DNA of 32,000 nt. It comes from an uncultured Planctomycetia bacterium (GTDB lineage Bacteria; Omnitrophota; Gorgyraeia; Duberdicusellales; 4484-171). The notes below the pieces were generated by a model. The model was not told the DNA's origin, made no database searches, and saw nothing but the letters and a program-made list of their open reading frames with translations. Made by a program: the position numbers and the translations under genes. The DNA lies in assembly GCA_964536865.1 (NCBI GenBank), contig CAZHYN010000001.1, positions 213,555 through 245,554 of the forward strand, read 5' to 3'. Shown here one piece after another: positions 1 to 6,544 of the stretch (the stretch's first letter is position 1; each line of letters opens with the position of its first letter).

Positions 1-1
1 T

Positions 2-58
2 ATTGTAGTTGCTCTATTTTTACCCATTATAAAGATAACTCAACTTTTAGGAAGATGA
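2..58 (+). CDS. 3' end of a PilC/GspF-type pilus platform protein (partial; starts upstream of the window)
   Basis: Frame 2 reads IVVALFLPIIKITQLLGR* (stop 56-58). The hydrophobic ...LP-I-x-K/L... tail resembles the conserved C-terminus of GspF/PilC family proteins, and it sits directly upstream of a pilin gene. Only 18 residues are visible. Confidence 0.4.
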   Translation: MVVALFLPIIKITQLLGR

Positions 59-67
59 CTTTAAAAG

Positions 68-508
68 ATGAAGGATAATTTTACTCTGGTAGAAGTTATG
101 ATTGTGGTAGGGATTTTGGTACTTTTAACTGTTCTAGTAGTTCCTAATATTTTAAGAGCCCGCATTACTGCTAACGAAGTAGGAGCAATTACTTCCTTAA
201 AAACTGTCTTTTCCTCTGCTCAAATTTATAAAAATATCAACTCTGTCTACCCTTCCTCTTTAGGAGATTTAGGAGATGCTAATCCCCCTTATATTGAGGA
301 AGAGTTAAGCTGTAATGACCAACCTTGTCCCAAACAAGGGTACAATTTCACTCTTACTGGCTCGGAGTACTCTTTCTATGCGGTAGCCTCTCCTCAGATT
401 TTTGGCTTCACCGGGATAAGAAGTTTCTACATAGACGAAAATGGCCTAGTTAAGTACTGTGATACCGCTGATTGTGATCCTTCCCAGGGGATAATCCTTC
501 AAGAGTAG
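68..508 (+). CDS. Type IV pilin / pseudopilin with a prepilin N-terminal cleavage-methylation motif; Cys-rich C-terminal domain
   Basis: N-terminus MKDN-FTLVEVMIVVGILVLL has a short basic leader, Glu at +5 and a hydrophobic alpha1 helix, followed by PNILRARITANE, which is typical of GspG/PilA-like proteins. Length is 146 aa. Confidence 0.85.
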   Translation: MKDNFTLVEVMIVVGILVLLTVLVVPNILRARITANEVGAITSLKTVFSSAQIYKNINSVYPSSLGDLGDANPPYIEEELSCNDQPCPKQGYNFTLTGSEYSFYAVASPQIFGFTGIRSFYIDENGLVKYCDTADCDPSQGIILQE

Positions 509-525
509 AGGAGAATTTCTAGCCA

Positions 526-554
526 TTGAAAAATACCTCCAGGTATGCTATATT
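526..554 (+). promoter_or_regulatory. Candidate sigma70 promoter for the structured RNA
   Basis: TTGAAA (526-531), 17-nt spacer, TATATT (549-554). The spacer contains the inverted repeat ATACCT-CC-AGGTAT (533-546). Predicted TSS is about 561. Confidence 0.4.
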
Positions 555-560
555 TTAGGT

Positions 561-792
561 AGACAATCTTGGGAACGAGAAAGGCAAACTCAGGGTAACC
601 TGGGGACCCGCGAAAGCGGCTATTTACCTAACTGGGTAAATAGGCAAAGCCGTGCGTCCCGCTCTTTCTAAAACCCAGATTAACAGGGGTTTGAAGTTAA
701 AGTGCATAAGGGATGCAGAGGCAGGTAAACTGCAGGATTTAACTAGAAATATGAAAAGGGCGGGATAGGCAGGTTGCCGAATTCCTAAAAAT
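561..792 (+). ncRNA. Structured noncoding RNA; candidate c-di-GMP-I (GEMM-I)-like riboswitch variant with extra helices
   Basis: ORF-free and noticeably more GC-rich than its flanks. Many perfect local helices: 589-604 with GUAA loop, 608-619 with GAAA loop, 620-628/635-643 (9 bp), 671-676/687-692, 696-701/738-743, 703-707/713-717, and a long-range 11-bp helix 657-667/755-765. Ordered blocks resemble GEMM-I: AAAGGCAAAC + 6-bp GNRA hairpin + GAC (580-607), GCAAAGCC (644-651), GGGA-UA-GGCAGGUUGCCGAA (762-781). Bounded by a promoter-like site and an intrinsic terminator. Confidence 0.45.
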
Positions 793-821
793 ACCCAGGT
801 AGGTTATTACCTGGGTTTTTT
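793..821 (+). terminator. Intrinsic terminator (possible riboswitch expression platform)
   Basis: Perfect 9-bp stem ACCCAGGTA (793-801) / TACCTGGGT (808-816), 6-nt loop, then a T-run through 821. Confidence 0.75.
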
Positions 822-842
822 AATAGAGAGGGGGGGTAAATA

Positions 843-870
843 TTGACATTTCTTCAGATTGTGGTATAGT
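843..870 (+). promoter_or_regulatory. Candidate sigma70 promoter for the second pilin gene
   Basis: TTGACA (843-848), 16-nt spacer, TATAGT (865-870). A strong SD (AAGGGGGTGAGG, 893-904) precedes the ATG at 906. Confidence 0.5.
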
Positions 871-905
871 TAAAAATGGTTTATCAAGAAGAAAGGGGGT
901 GAGGA

Positions 906-1301
906 ATGAGGAAAGGTTTTACTTTGGTAGAAATTATGATTGTTGTAGCAATCATCGCCCTTTTGGCAGCTATTGCTATTCCTAACCTGCTAAGAGCTCG
1001 TATCACCGCTAATGAAAGTGCTGCTCAGGCAAACTTAAGAACTATCTCTACTGCTTTAGAAAATTATGCAGCTGCTAACAACGGAAGTTATGCCACTGAC
1101 GAGAGTCAACTTACCGATGCTACTCCTCCTTACTTGAATCAATCCTTCTGTGGCAATACTATTCAAGGGTATACTTACTCTTGTACCCTTGCTGCTACTG
1201 GATACACAGTAACCGCTACTCCTGCATCCTGTGGGACGAGTGGAACAAAGACTTATACTATAACAACTGGTGGTGTTTTATCTTCAGCGGATTGCTCTTA
1301 A
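906..1301 (+). CDS. Type IV major pilin / GspG-like pseudopilin
   Basis: MRKG-FTLVEIMIVVAIIALLAAIAIPNLLRARITANESAAQANLRTI is a canonical prepilin leader (G-1, F+1, E+5) and alpha1 helix. Length is 131 aa. It has a strong SD and is followed by a strong terminator, as expected for a highly expressed major subunit. Confidence 0.9.
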   Translation: MRKGFTLVEIMIVVAIIALLAAIAIPNLLRARITANESAAQANLRTISTALENYAAANNGSYATDESQLTDATPPYLNQSFCGNTIQGYTYSCTLAATGYTVTATPASCGTSGTKTYTITTGGVLSSADCS

Positions 1302-1325
1302 CGAATCAAGGTAGGATATCTTTAG

Positions 1326-1361
1326 CCCCCTCTCTTCGAAAAGAGAGGGGGTATTTTATTT
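1326..1361 (+). terminator. Intrinsic terminator after the major pilin gene
   Basis: Perfect 11-bp stem CCCCCTCTCTT (1326-1336) / AAGAGAGGGGG (1341-1351), 4-nt loop, T-rich tail TATTTTATTT. Confidence 0.8.
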
Positions 1362-1371
1362 AAGAGGAAAG

Positions 1372-1722
1372 ATGTTAGTTAAAGCTTATACTCTAGGAGA
1401 AGTATTGGTGGCAGGAGCAATTATTTTAATTTGTGTAGCTGGTCTTCTTTTTCTCTTTGTTACTTGTAGATTTTTAAATGATTTCAACAGTAACCTTGTT
1501 ACTGCTGCCTCTGATGCGCAAACAGTGCTAGAGCAGATAAAAGATCTTAGCTATTCTCAGATAGGAAGTTATACTCCTCCTCAGTTTAATCACTTACCTG
1601 AGGAAAATGTTACTCTTACAACCTCCTCACAAAATAGATTGACGGAGGTGACGGTAAATGTCAACTGGACAGAGAGAGGTCAGAAGAGAACTTTCACACT
1701 CAAGACATATTTTTCTCCCTAA
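1372..1722 (+). CDS. Minor pilin-like protein (degenerate prepilin N-terminus)
   Basis: MLVKA-YTLGEVLVAGAIILI has a pilin-like leader with Ala at -1, Glu at +5 and a hydrophobic helix. It is small (116 aa) and located in the pilin cluster. Confidence 0.55.
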   Translation: MLVKAYTLGEVLVAGAIILICVAGLLFLFVTCRFLNDFNSNLVTAASDAQTVLEQIKDLSYSQIGSYTPPQFNHLPEENVTLTTSSQNRLTEVTVNVNWTERGQKRTFTLKTYFSP

Positions 1723-2236
1723 ACTAAAGGGGGTTACTCTAGTGGAAGTTCTCATCGTTACGGCAGTTATGTCAACAATTTTTGCTAGTTTATTTTATGT
1801 GCTTACACAGGGGTACCTCTCTAATGAAATTGGGTTAGCAAAGCTAAAACTTCAAGAGGAAGCAAGGAGGGCGATAGAGGTTATAGGAAAGGATGTTCGT
1901 CAGACTACGGTAAGTGAAATCAAAAGTAATAATCCTTCCAGCTCTCACCTTAAGTTTCGTATTTATCAAGATTACTCTGGAGGTAATCCTCAATGGAGTA
2001 GTAACTATATCGAGTATACTTATGATGCCAATTCTTATAAACTTCAACGTACCGATTATAACTCAAATATTACCACCTACTTTTATAACATAGCTAGCCC
2101 CCCTTTTGATGTTGAAGAGTTAATTAACAATAACGAAAATAAAATAAGTATCGATTTAAATATGCAAGAGACAGTGAAAGGTTCTTTACCGATAAATTTT
2201 TCTTTAACAGGAGAGGTGACCATACGCAATGAGTAA
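1658..2236 (+). CDS. Minor pilin/pseudopilin (prepilin-type N-terminal domain); start uncertain
   Basis: Contains LKG-VTLVEVLIVTAVMSTIFASLF (G-1, E+5). The only canonical start is ATG 1658, which gives a 25-aa basic leader and a 65-nt overlap with the upstream gene. Confidence 0.6.
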   Translation: MSTGQREVRRELSHSRHIFLPKLKGVTLVEVLIVTAVMSTIFASLFYVLTQGYLSNEIGLAKLKLQEEARRAIEVIGKDVRQTTVSEIKSNNPSSSHLKFRIYQDYSGGNPQWSSNYIEYTYDANSYKLQRTDYNSNITTYFYNIASPPFDVEELINNNENKISIDLNMQETVKGSLPINFSLTGEVTIRNE

Positions 2237-3131
2237 AAAGGGAGTAGCTCTTCTTTTAGCCCTTTTGATTCTAGCAGTTCTAGGTATTCTAGGAAGTTCA
2301 CTTTTTATAAGTAGTTTAACAGAGAGCAACCTAACGAAGAGAGATATAAGAGGGAAAAGAGCCTTTTGGGCAGCGGAGTCAGGAATTTCTAAAGGGATAG
2401 AAAAGTTAAAAGAATGTGTACAAAGTGGTGATTGCCAGGTAAGCGGGACTATAGATTATGAAAATGAGAGTTATTCCTATTCTGCTACTATTTCCGTATT
2501 AGATAGCCTAAATTATCGTATAGATTCCTCAGGTTCTTTAGGTCAGATAACTAAGAATATTTCTGCAGTTGTAAGGTTGAGAGATATCGATGCTAATAAT
2601 TTTCCTTATGCTATAGAAACTGAGGGTCTTTTGGAGATCGGAGGAAATGCTCAGATAACTCCTTCTGATAGCACCAAAGAGCAATCATCTTTAGATTTTA
2701 ATAGTCTGTTTACTTTTACTAAGGAAGAATTAAAGTCTTACGCTGATTACACCTATACGGATCCTCCCAATAATATCACTCCTTGTGAGGGCATCACTTG
2801 GGTAGATGTATCTCCTGAGGATGAGTTTAGAATAACTTCAGATAGTTGGGAAGGTAGTGGTATTCTTGTGATTGAAGGCAATGTTAAAATAACTGGAGGG
2901 AGATTCCGAGGGATAATATATATTATTGGGGGGCAGTTAGAGGTACCTTTAGAGGTAGCAGCAGGTAACCCCATCATAGAGGGAGCTATCCTAGTGGAAT
3001 GCATACCCACTAGTACTACTCGCATAAGAGGAGATTTTACTTTGAATTATGATCTCGATGCTATCAACGAAGCTTTGGATAATTTAAGATTTATTGCTCC
3101 TCGAATAGTAGCGTGGTGGGAAGGTAGTTAA
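2229..3131 (+). CDS. PilX-N / GspK-like minor pilin (paralog 1)
   Basis: N-terminus KKGVALLLALLILAVLGILGSSLF...RAFWAAESGI matches the PilX N-terminal-domain pattern (G-x-ALxxxL helix followed by AF-x-AAE-x-G). Length is 300 aa. Confidence 0.6.
   Translation: MSKKGVALLLALLILAVLGILGSSLFISSLTESNLTKRDIRGKRAFWAAESGISKGIEKLKECVQSGDCQVSGTIDYENESYSYSATISVLDSLNYRIDSSGSLGQITKNISAVVRLRDIDANNFPYAIETEGLLEIGGNAQITPSDSTKEQSSLDFNSLFTFTKEELKSYADYTYTDPPNNITPCEGITWVDVSPEDEFRITSDSWEGSGILVIEGNVKITGGRFRGIIYIIGGQLEVPLEVAAGNPIIEGAILVECIPTSTTRIRGDFTLNYDLDAINEALDNLRFIAPRIVAWWEGS
2357..2617 (+). repeat. 261-bp block, copy A, 100% identical to 3279-3539
   Basis: Base-by-base comparison of the two stretches (offset 922) found no mismatch. 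The flanks diverge immediately on both sides. Confidence 0.9.
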
Positions 3132-3153
3132 AAGAGTTTGGGGTGAATAAAGG

Positions 3154-4038
3154 ATGAGAAAAGCCATCGCCTTAATTTTTAGCCTTTTAGTAATGGCAGT
3201 TCTATTTATAATTGGGCAGTCCTTTTTCACTCAGACCTTAAATGGAAGTAACTTAGTGAAAAGATATGTAACCTCCTTAAGAGCCTTTTGGGCAGCGGAG
3301 TCAGGAATTTCTAAAGGGATAGAAAAGTTAAAAGAATGTGTACAAAGTGGTGATTGCCAGGTAAGCGGGACTATAGATTATGAAAATGAGAGTTATTCCT
3401 ATTCTGCTACTATTTCCGTATTAGATAGCCTAAATTATCGTATAGATTCCTCAGGTTCTTTAGGTCAGATAACTAAGAATATTTCTGCAGTTGTAAGGTT
3501 GAGAGATATCGATGCTAATAATTTTCCTTATGCTATAGAGAGTCAGGGAGCGATTGAGGTAAAGGGAAGTGCTCAGATAACTCCTTCTGATAGTAAAAAG
3601 GAGAATAGCGATTTAGATTTTAAAAGTTTATTTGGTTTTACTAAGGATGAACTAAAGAGTTATGCTACCTACTATTACCAGGATCCTCCCAATAATGTGG
3701 AGCCGGTTGAGGATATAACTTGGGTGGAGCTCTCTGAAGGAAAAGAACTTAGGATTACTTCTAACAATTGGGAAGGTAGTGGCATTCTGATAATTAATGG
3801 GGATGCTAAAATAACAGGTGGGGAGTTTGAAGGAATAATTTATGTGATTGGAGAGTTGGAAGTGCCTGCAGGCAATCCTACGGTAGAGGGGACCATTTTG
3901 GTAGAAGGAGACCCTTCAGAGACTACAAGTTTGAGAGGTAATTTTGAGTTAGACTACGATACAGAGGCAATAGATGAAGCCTTGAATAACTTAAGATATG
4001 TGGCTCCTCAAACTGTAGCTTGGTGGCAAACTTATTAG
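3154..4038 (+). CDS. PilX-N / GspK-like minor pilin (paralog 2)
   Basis: Same architecture as 2229-3131. N-terminal helix is MRKAIALIFSLLVMAVLFII, followed by RAFWAAESGI. The C-terminal half is about two-thirds identical to paralog 1 by eye. Confidence 0.6.
   Translation: MRKAIALIFSLLVMAVLFIIGQSFFTQTLNGSNLVKRYVTSLRAFWAAESGISKGIEKLKECVQSGDCQVSGTIDYENESYSYSATISVLDSLNYRIDSSGSLGQITKNISAVVRLRDIDANNFPYAIESQGAIEVKGSAQITPSDSKKENSDLDFKSLFGFTKDELKSYATYYYQDPPNNVEPVEDITWVELSEGKELRITSNNWEGSGILIINGDAKITGGEFEGIIYVIGELEVPAGNPTVEGTILVEGDPSETTSLRGNFELDYDTEAIDEALNNLRYVAPQTVAWWQTY
3279..3539 (+). repeat. 261-bp block, copy B, 100% identical to 2357-2617
   Basis: See copy A. The block encodes RAFWAAESGISKGIEKLKECVQSGDCQVSG...NNFPYAIE in both paralogs. 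Confidence 0.9.
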
Positions 4039-4053
4039 TACCAGGGGATTAAA

Positions 4054-4081
4054 TTGACTTTTTTCTTAATTAATGTAAGAT
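4054..4081 (+). promoter_or_regulatory. Candidate sigma70 promoter of the pilMNOPQ-exeAB-like operon
   Basis: TTGACT (4054-4059), 16-nt spacer, TAAGAT (4076-4081), in the 69-bp gap after the PilX-like genes. Confidence 0.4.
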
Positions 4082-4107
4082 AGTTTAAAGGTGAAATTAG
4101 TTTAAAG

Positions 4108-5118
4108 GTGAAATTAGCTCAGTTACTAAAAAAGAAAATTAGTGAATGGAACGAAAAGACCAAAAGGCTATTTGCCTATGAAGAGAAAGATTTTGTTTCT
4201 CTTGACTTAGGAGCTAGGTACTTAAAGGGAGCTTTAGTTAAGGATGGTAAGATTGGGGAGTTATTTATAGAAAAAAAAGGAGAGTCAGCTTCAGCGATTG
4301 ACTTTTTGAAGAGCAAAGGAGTCCTTTCTAAAGAAGTTAAATTTGCCATAAAAGGGCCTGAAACCCTTATAAGATATATTCCCTTCCCTAAAGTAGAGAA
4401 AGGTAAGTTAAAAGAGGTTTTTGGCTACGAACTATCAAAGTACATCCCTTTTTCTCCTGAGGATGTATACTTTGATATTTCTATCCTCGATGAGAATTAT
4501 TCTAAAGATGAGTTTTTGATACTTCTTGCTGTAGCAAAGAAAGAGTTTATTGATTCTCTCCTTTCTCCTTTTCGAGAAAGAAAAGTGGAGGTTAAAGAGA
4601 TTTCTCTGAGTAATTTAGCTCTCTTGAATCTTTTTTTTCACTGTAAAGAAAAAAAAGCTTCTAACACTGCTATAATAGATTTAGGGTTTTCTTCCACCCT
4701 TCTTAATCTAGTAAAGGGAGAAATGCCTTATTTAAGTAGAGAGATTAAAGTCGGTTGTTTTCACCTTATAGAGAAGATATCTTTAGTTAAGAATTTATCT
4801 CATGATAAGGCGGAGGAGTGGTTAGTTACCTCCTCCCAAGTTGACGAACTTCTTAAGATAGGAGAAGAGCCACTATGGGAACTTTCTCGAGAGGTAAAAA
4901 GTTCTCTCGATTACTTTGAGATGAATGTAGGAGAGAATGTAGAGGAGTTTTATCTTACGGGAGGAGCCTCTTCTGTAGAAAGTGTTAGAGAAGTGATTAG
5001 TAAGTCTTTAGGAGTTAAGTTAATTCTTTGGGATGTGGCAAAGACTTTAGATATAAAAGTTAAGAGCTTCTCTTTTCCTCTTCAAATGTTTTCTCCAGTG
5101 ATAGGTTTAAGCCTATGA
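4108..5118 (+). CDS. pilM: Type IV pilus assembly protein PilM (actin-like ATPase fold)
   Basis: Contains SLDLGARYLKGALV, IIDLGFSSTLLNLVKG and YLTGGAS, the actin/HSP70-like phosphate-binding motifs typical of PilM. Length is 336 aa and it is followed by PilN/O-like genes. GTG start. Confidence 0.85.
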   Translation: MKLAQLLKKKISEWNEKTKRLFAYEEKDFVSLDLGARYLKGALVKDGKIGELFIEKKGESASAIDFLKSKGVLSKEVKFAIKGPETLIRYIPFPKVEKGKLKEVFGYELSKYIPFSPEDVYFDISILDENYSKDEFLILLAVAKKEFIDSLLSPFRERKVEVKEISLSNLALLNLFFHCKEKKASNTAIIDLGFSSTLLNLVKGEMPYLSREIKVGCFHLIEKISLVKNLSHDKAEEWLVTSSQVDELLKIGEEPLWELSREVKSSLDYFEMNVGENVEEFYLTGGASSVESVREVISKSLGVKLILWDVAKTLDIKVKSFSFPLQMFSPVIGLSL

Positions 5119-5678
5119 AGAAGATATTTATTAATCTTTGTCCTGAGGGAGGAAAGAGAGAAAATAAAATACTCCTTTCTGCCCAAAAATACGCCTCTTT
5201 TGCCCTTCTGTTATTAATTTTATGTATAGGCATAAATGTTATATTTTTTGTGTTGGGAGCTTTTCTTCAGCTTCCCTATAGGAAATTAAGTGCTCGTTGG
5301 CAGCAACTAACTCCTCAAGTTAACTCTATTCTTTCCCTAAGGAAAGAAGTGCAAGCTCTAACTAAAGAGAGAGAGGAGTATAAGACTTTATTCCAAGAAA
5401 GTATTTCTCTCTCTAGAGTGTTTGCCGAAGTATATGAGTCACTTCCTAAAAATATTTGGTTTGAGACAATAAAGTTTAAAGGCGATGCTATTGAGTTTGT
5501 AGGATATGTAGTAAAGTGGAAAGAAGATTATTTTGATTCTCTAAATAAATTTATTAAGAATTTAAAAAATAAGACTTACTTTAGTACTGTCTTTAAGAAA
5601 ATTAATCTAAAAAACTCTCGCAAAGGCAGGATAGCTAGTAGAGAAATTTTAAAATTTGAAGTAGAATGCAAAAAATGA
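5115..5678 (+). CDS. pilN: PilN-like pilus assembly protein
   Basis: N-terminal FINLCPE resembles the conserved INLLP PilM-binding motif. It has a single TM helix (FALLLLILCIGINVIFFVLGAF), then coiled-coil and alpha/beta regions. A 4-nt ATGA overlap links it to pilM. Confidence 0.6.
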   Translation: MKKIFINLCPEGGKRENKILLSAQKYASFALLLLILCIGINVIFFVLGAFLQLPYRKLSARWQQLTPQVNSILSLRKEVQALTKEREEYKTLFQESISLSRVFAEVYESLPKNIWFETIKFKGDAIEFVGYVVKWKEDYFDSLNKFIKNLKNKTYFSTVFKKINLKNSRKGRIASREILKFEVECKK

Positions 5679-6211
5679 AGCTTGACAAACGCATTCTTAT
5701 TGTTATTGTTTACGTTGCACTATTTCTAGAAATAATTTGGTTTACTCCTTTTCAAATAAAGAAATTTATTCACCTTTCTTCCGAAGTTGGAAGATTGAGA
5801 AAGAATATAGTTCAGTTTAGTAACCAAAAAAATTATCAGCAGAACCTTTTGTCTCGCAAGAAGGAAATAAGTAGGGAGATTATAGAGCTTAAAAGTAAAA
5901 TCATTGCCCCTCAAGATGTCTCTGTCTTGCAAGCTTACCTTTCTCGAAAAGCAAAAGAGAATAGGTTAGATATAGAGGAGATAAGTCCTAGCTCACCTCG
6001 GGAATATAAGATTACCTCCCAAGGCAAGTTTTTAGCTTTACCTATTGATATAATTTTAGAGGCTGACTTCCATAGTCTAGCTAGATTTCTCGATGACTTA
6101 GAAAAAGGAGACTACTTTTTAGCTCCTAAAGAAATGGAGGTAATAGGAGCAAAACCTTATCACAGAGTAAATTTAGAACTTTACGCTCTTATCAAGGAGG
6201 GAGGGTGGTAA
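5666..6211 (+). CDS. pilO: PilO-like pilus assembly protein
   Basis: Bitopic: N-terminal TM (ILIVIVYVALFLEIIWF), a coiled-coil region and a C-terminal domain. It sits after pilN and overlaps both neighbours. Called from position and architecture only. Confidence 0.5.
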   Translation: MQKMKLDKRILIVIVYVALFLEIIWFTPFQIKKFIHLSSEVGRLRKNIVQFSNQKNYQQNLLSRKKEISREIIELKSKIIAPQDVSVLQAYLSRKAKENRLDIEEISPSSPREYKITSQGKFLALPIDIILEADFHSLARFLDDLEKGDYFLAPKEMEVIGAKPYHRVNLELYALIKEGGW

Positions 6212-6543
6212 AAGTAGCAGTGTTTTTTTTAATTCTTATTCTTACCATAGGAGCTTATGCTCAGGAGTTTAAATACCCTTATAATCCGCTTACTGAAAGA
6301 GATCCCTTGCGTCCTCTTATAGATGAGGAAGGTAACATCTTAATAAAAGAGAAAAAAGAAGGTAGCTCTTTTATCCTCCAGGGAATAATTTATTCTCCAC
6401 AAGGCAGTGTAGTAATAATAAATAACGAACTTTTCCATGAAGGAGATATACTAATGGAGCAATTTAAGGTAAAGAAAATAGAAAGTAATGGAGTAGTTTT
6501 AGAAAAAGATGGGGAAGAATATTTTTTAAAATGGGAGGGATAA
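6205..6543 (+). CDS. PilP/MshK-like small periplasmic pilus assembly protein (GspB-type C-terminal domain)
   Basis: Signal/anchor MVKVAVFFLILILTIGAYAQ, an RDPLRP motif (compare RDPF in PilP/MshK), then LQGIIYSPQGSVVIINNELFHEGDIL...V..IE.NGVVL. A strong SD (AAGGAGGGAGG) precedes the GTG at 6205. Confidence 0.5.
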   Translation: MVKVAVFFLILILTIGAYAQEFKYPYNPLTERDPLRPLIDEEGNILIKEKKEGSSFILQGIIYSPQGSVVIINNELFHEGDILMEQFKVKKIESNGVVLEKDGEEYFLKWEG

Positions 6544-6544
6544 G

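Noticed and set aside
561-792. Considered whether the structured RNA is RNase P RNA, tmRNA, SRP/6S RNA or a cobalamin riboswitch, prompted by CAGGGUAACCUGGGG and GGUAAACU strings that resemble RNase P segments.
   Set aside because: At about 230-260 nt between promoter and terminator it is too short for type A RNase P. It lacks GGAAAGUCCGG and the AGGGUGAAA..GGUGCGGUAAGAGCGCACC-type universal blocks, has no tRNA-like ends or tag ORF for tmRNA, and has no B12-box. The GEMM-I-like block order fits better.
1181-1363. 60-aa ORF overlapping the 3' end of the pilin gene.
   Set aside because: It lies out of frame within a well-supported pilin CDS and runs through the terminator hairpin. It has no SD and its composition looks like an off-frame artefact.
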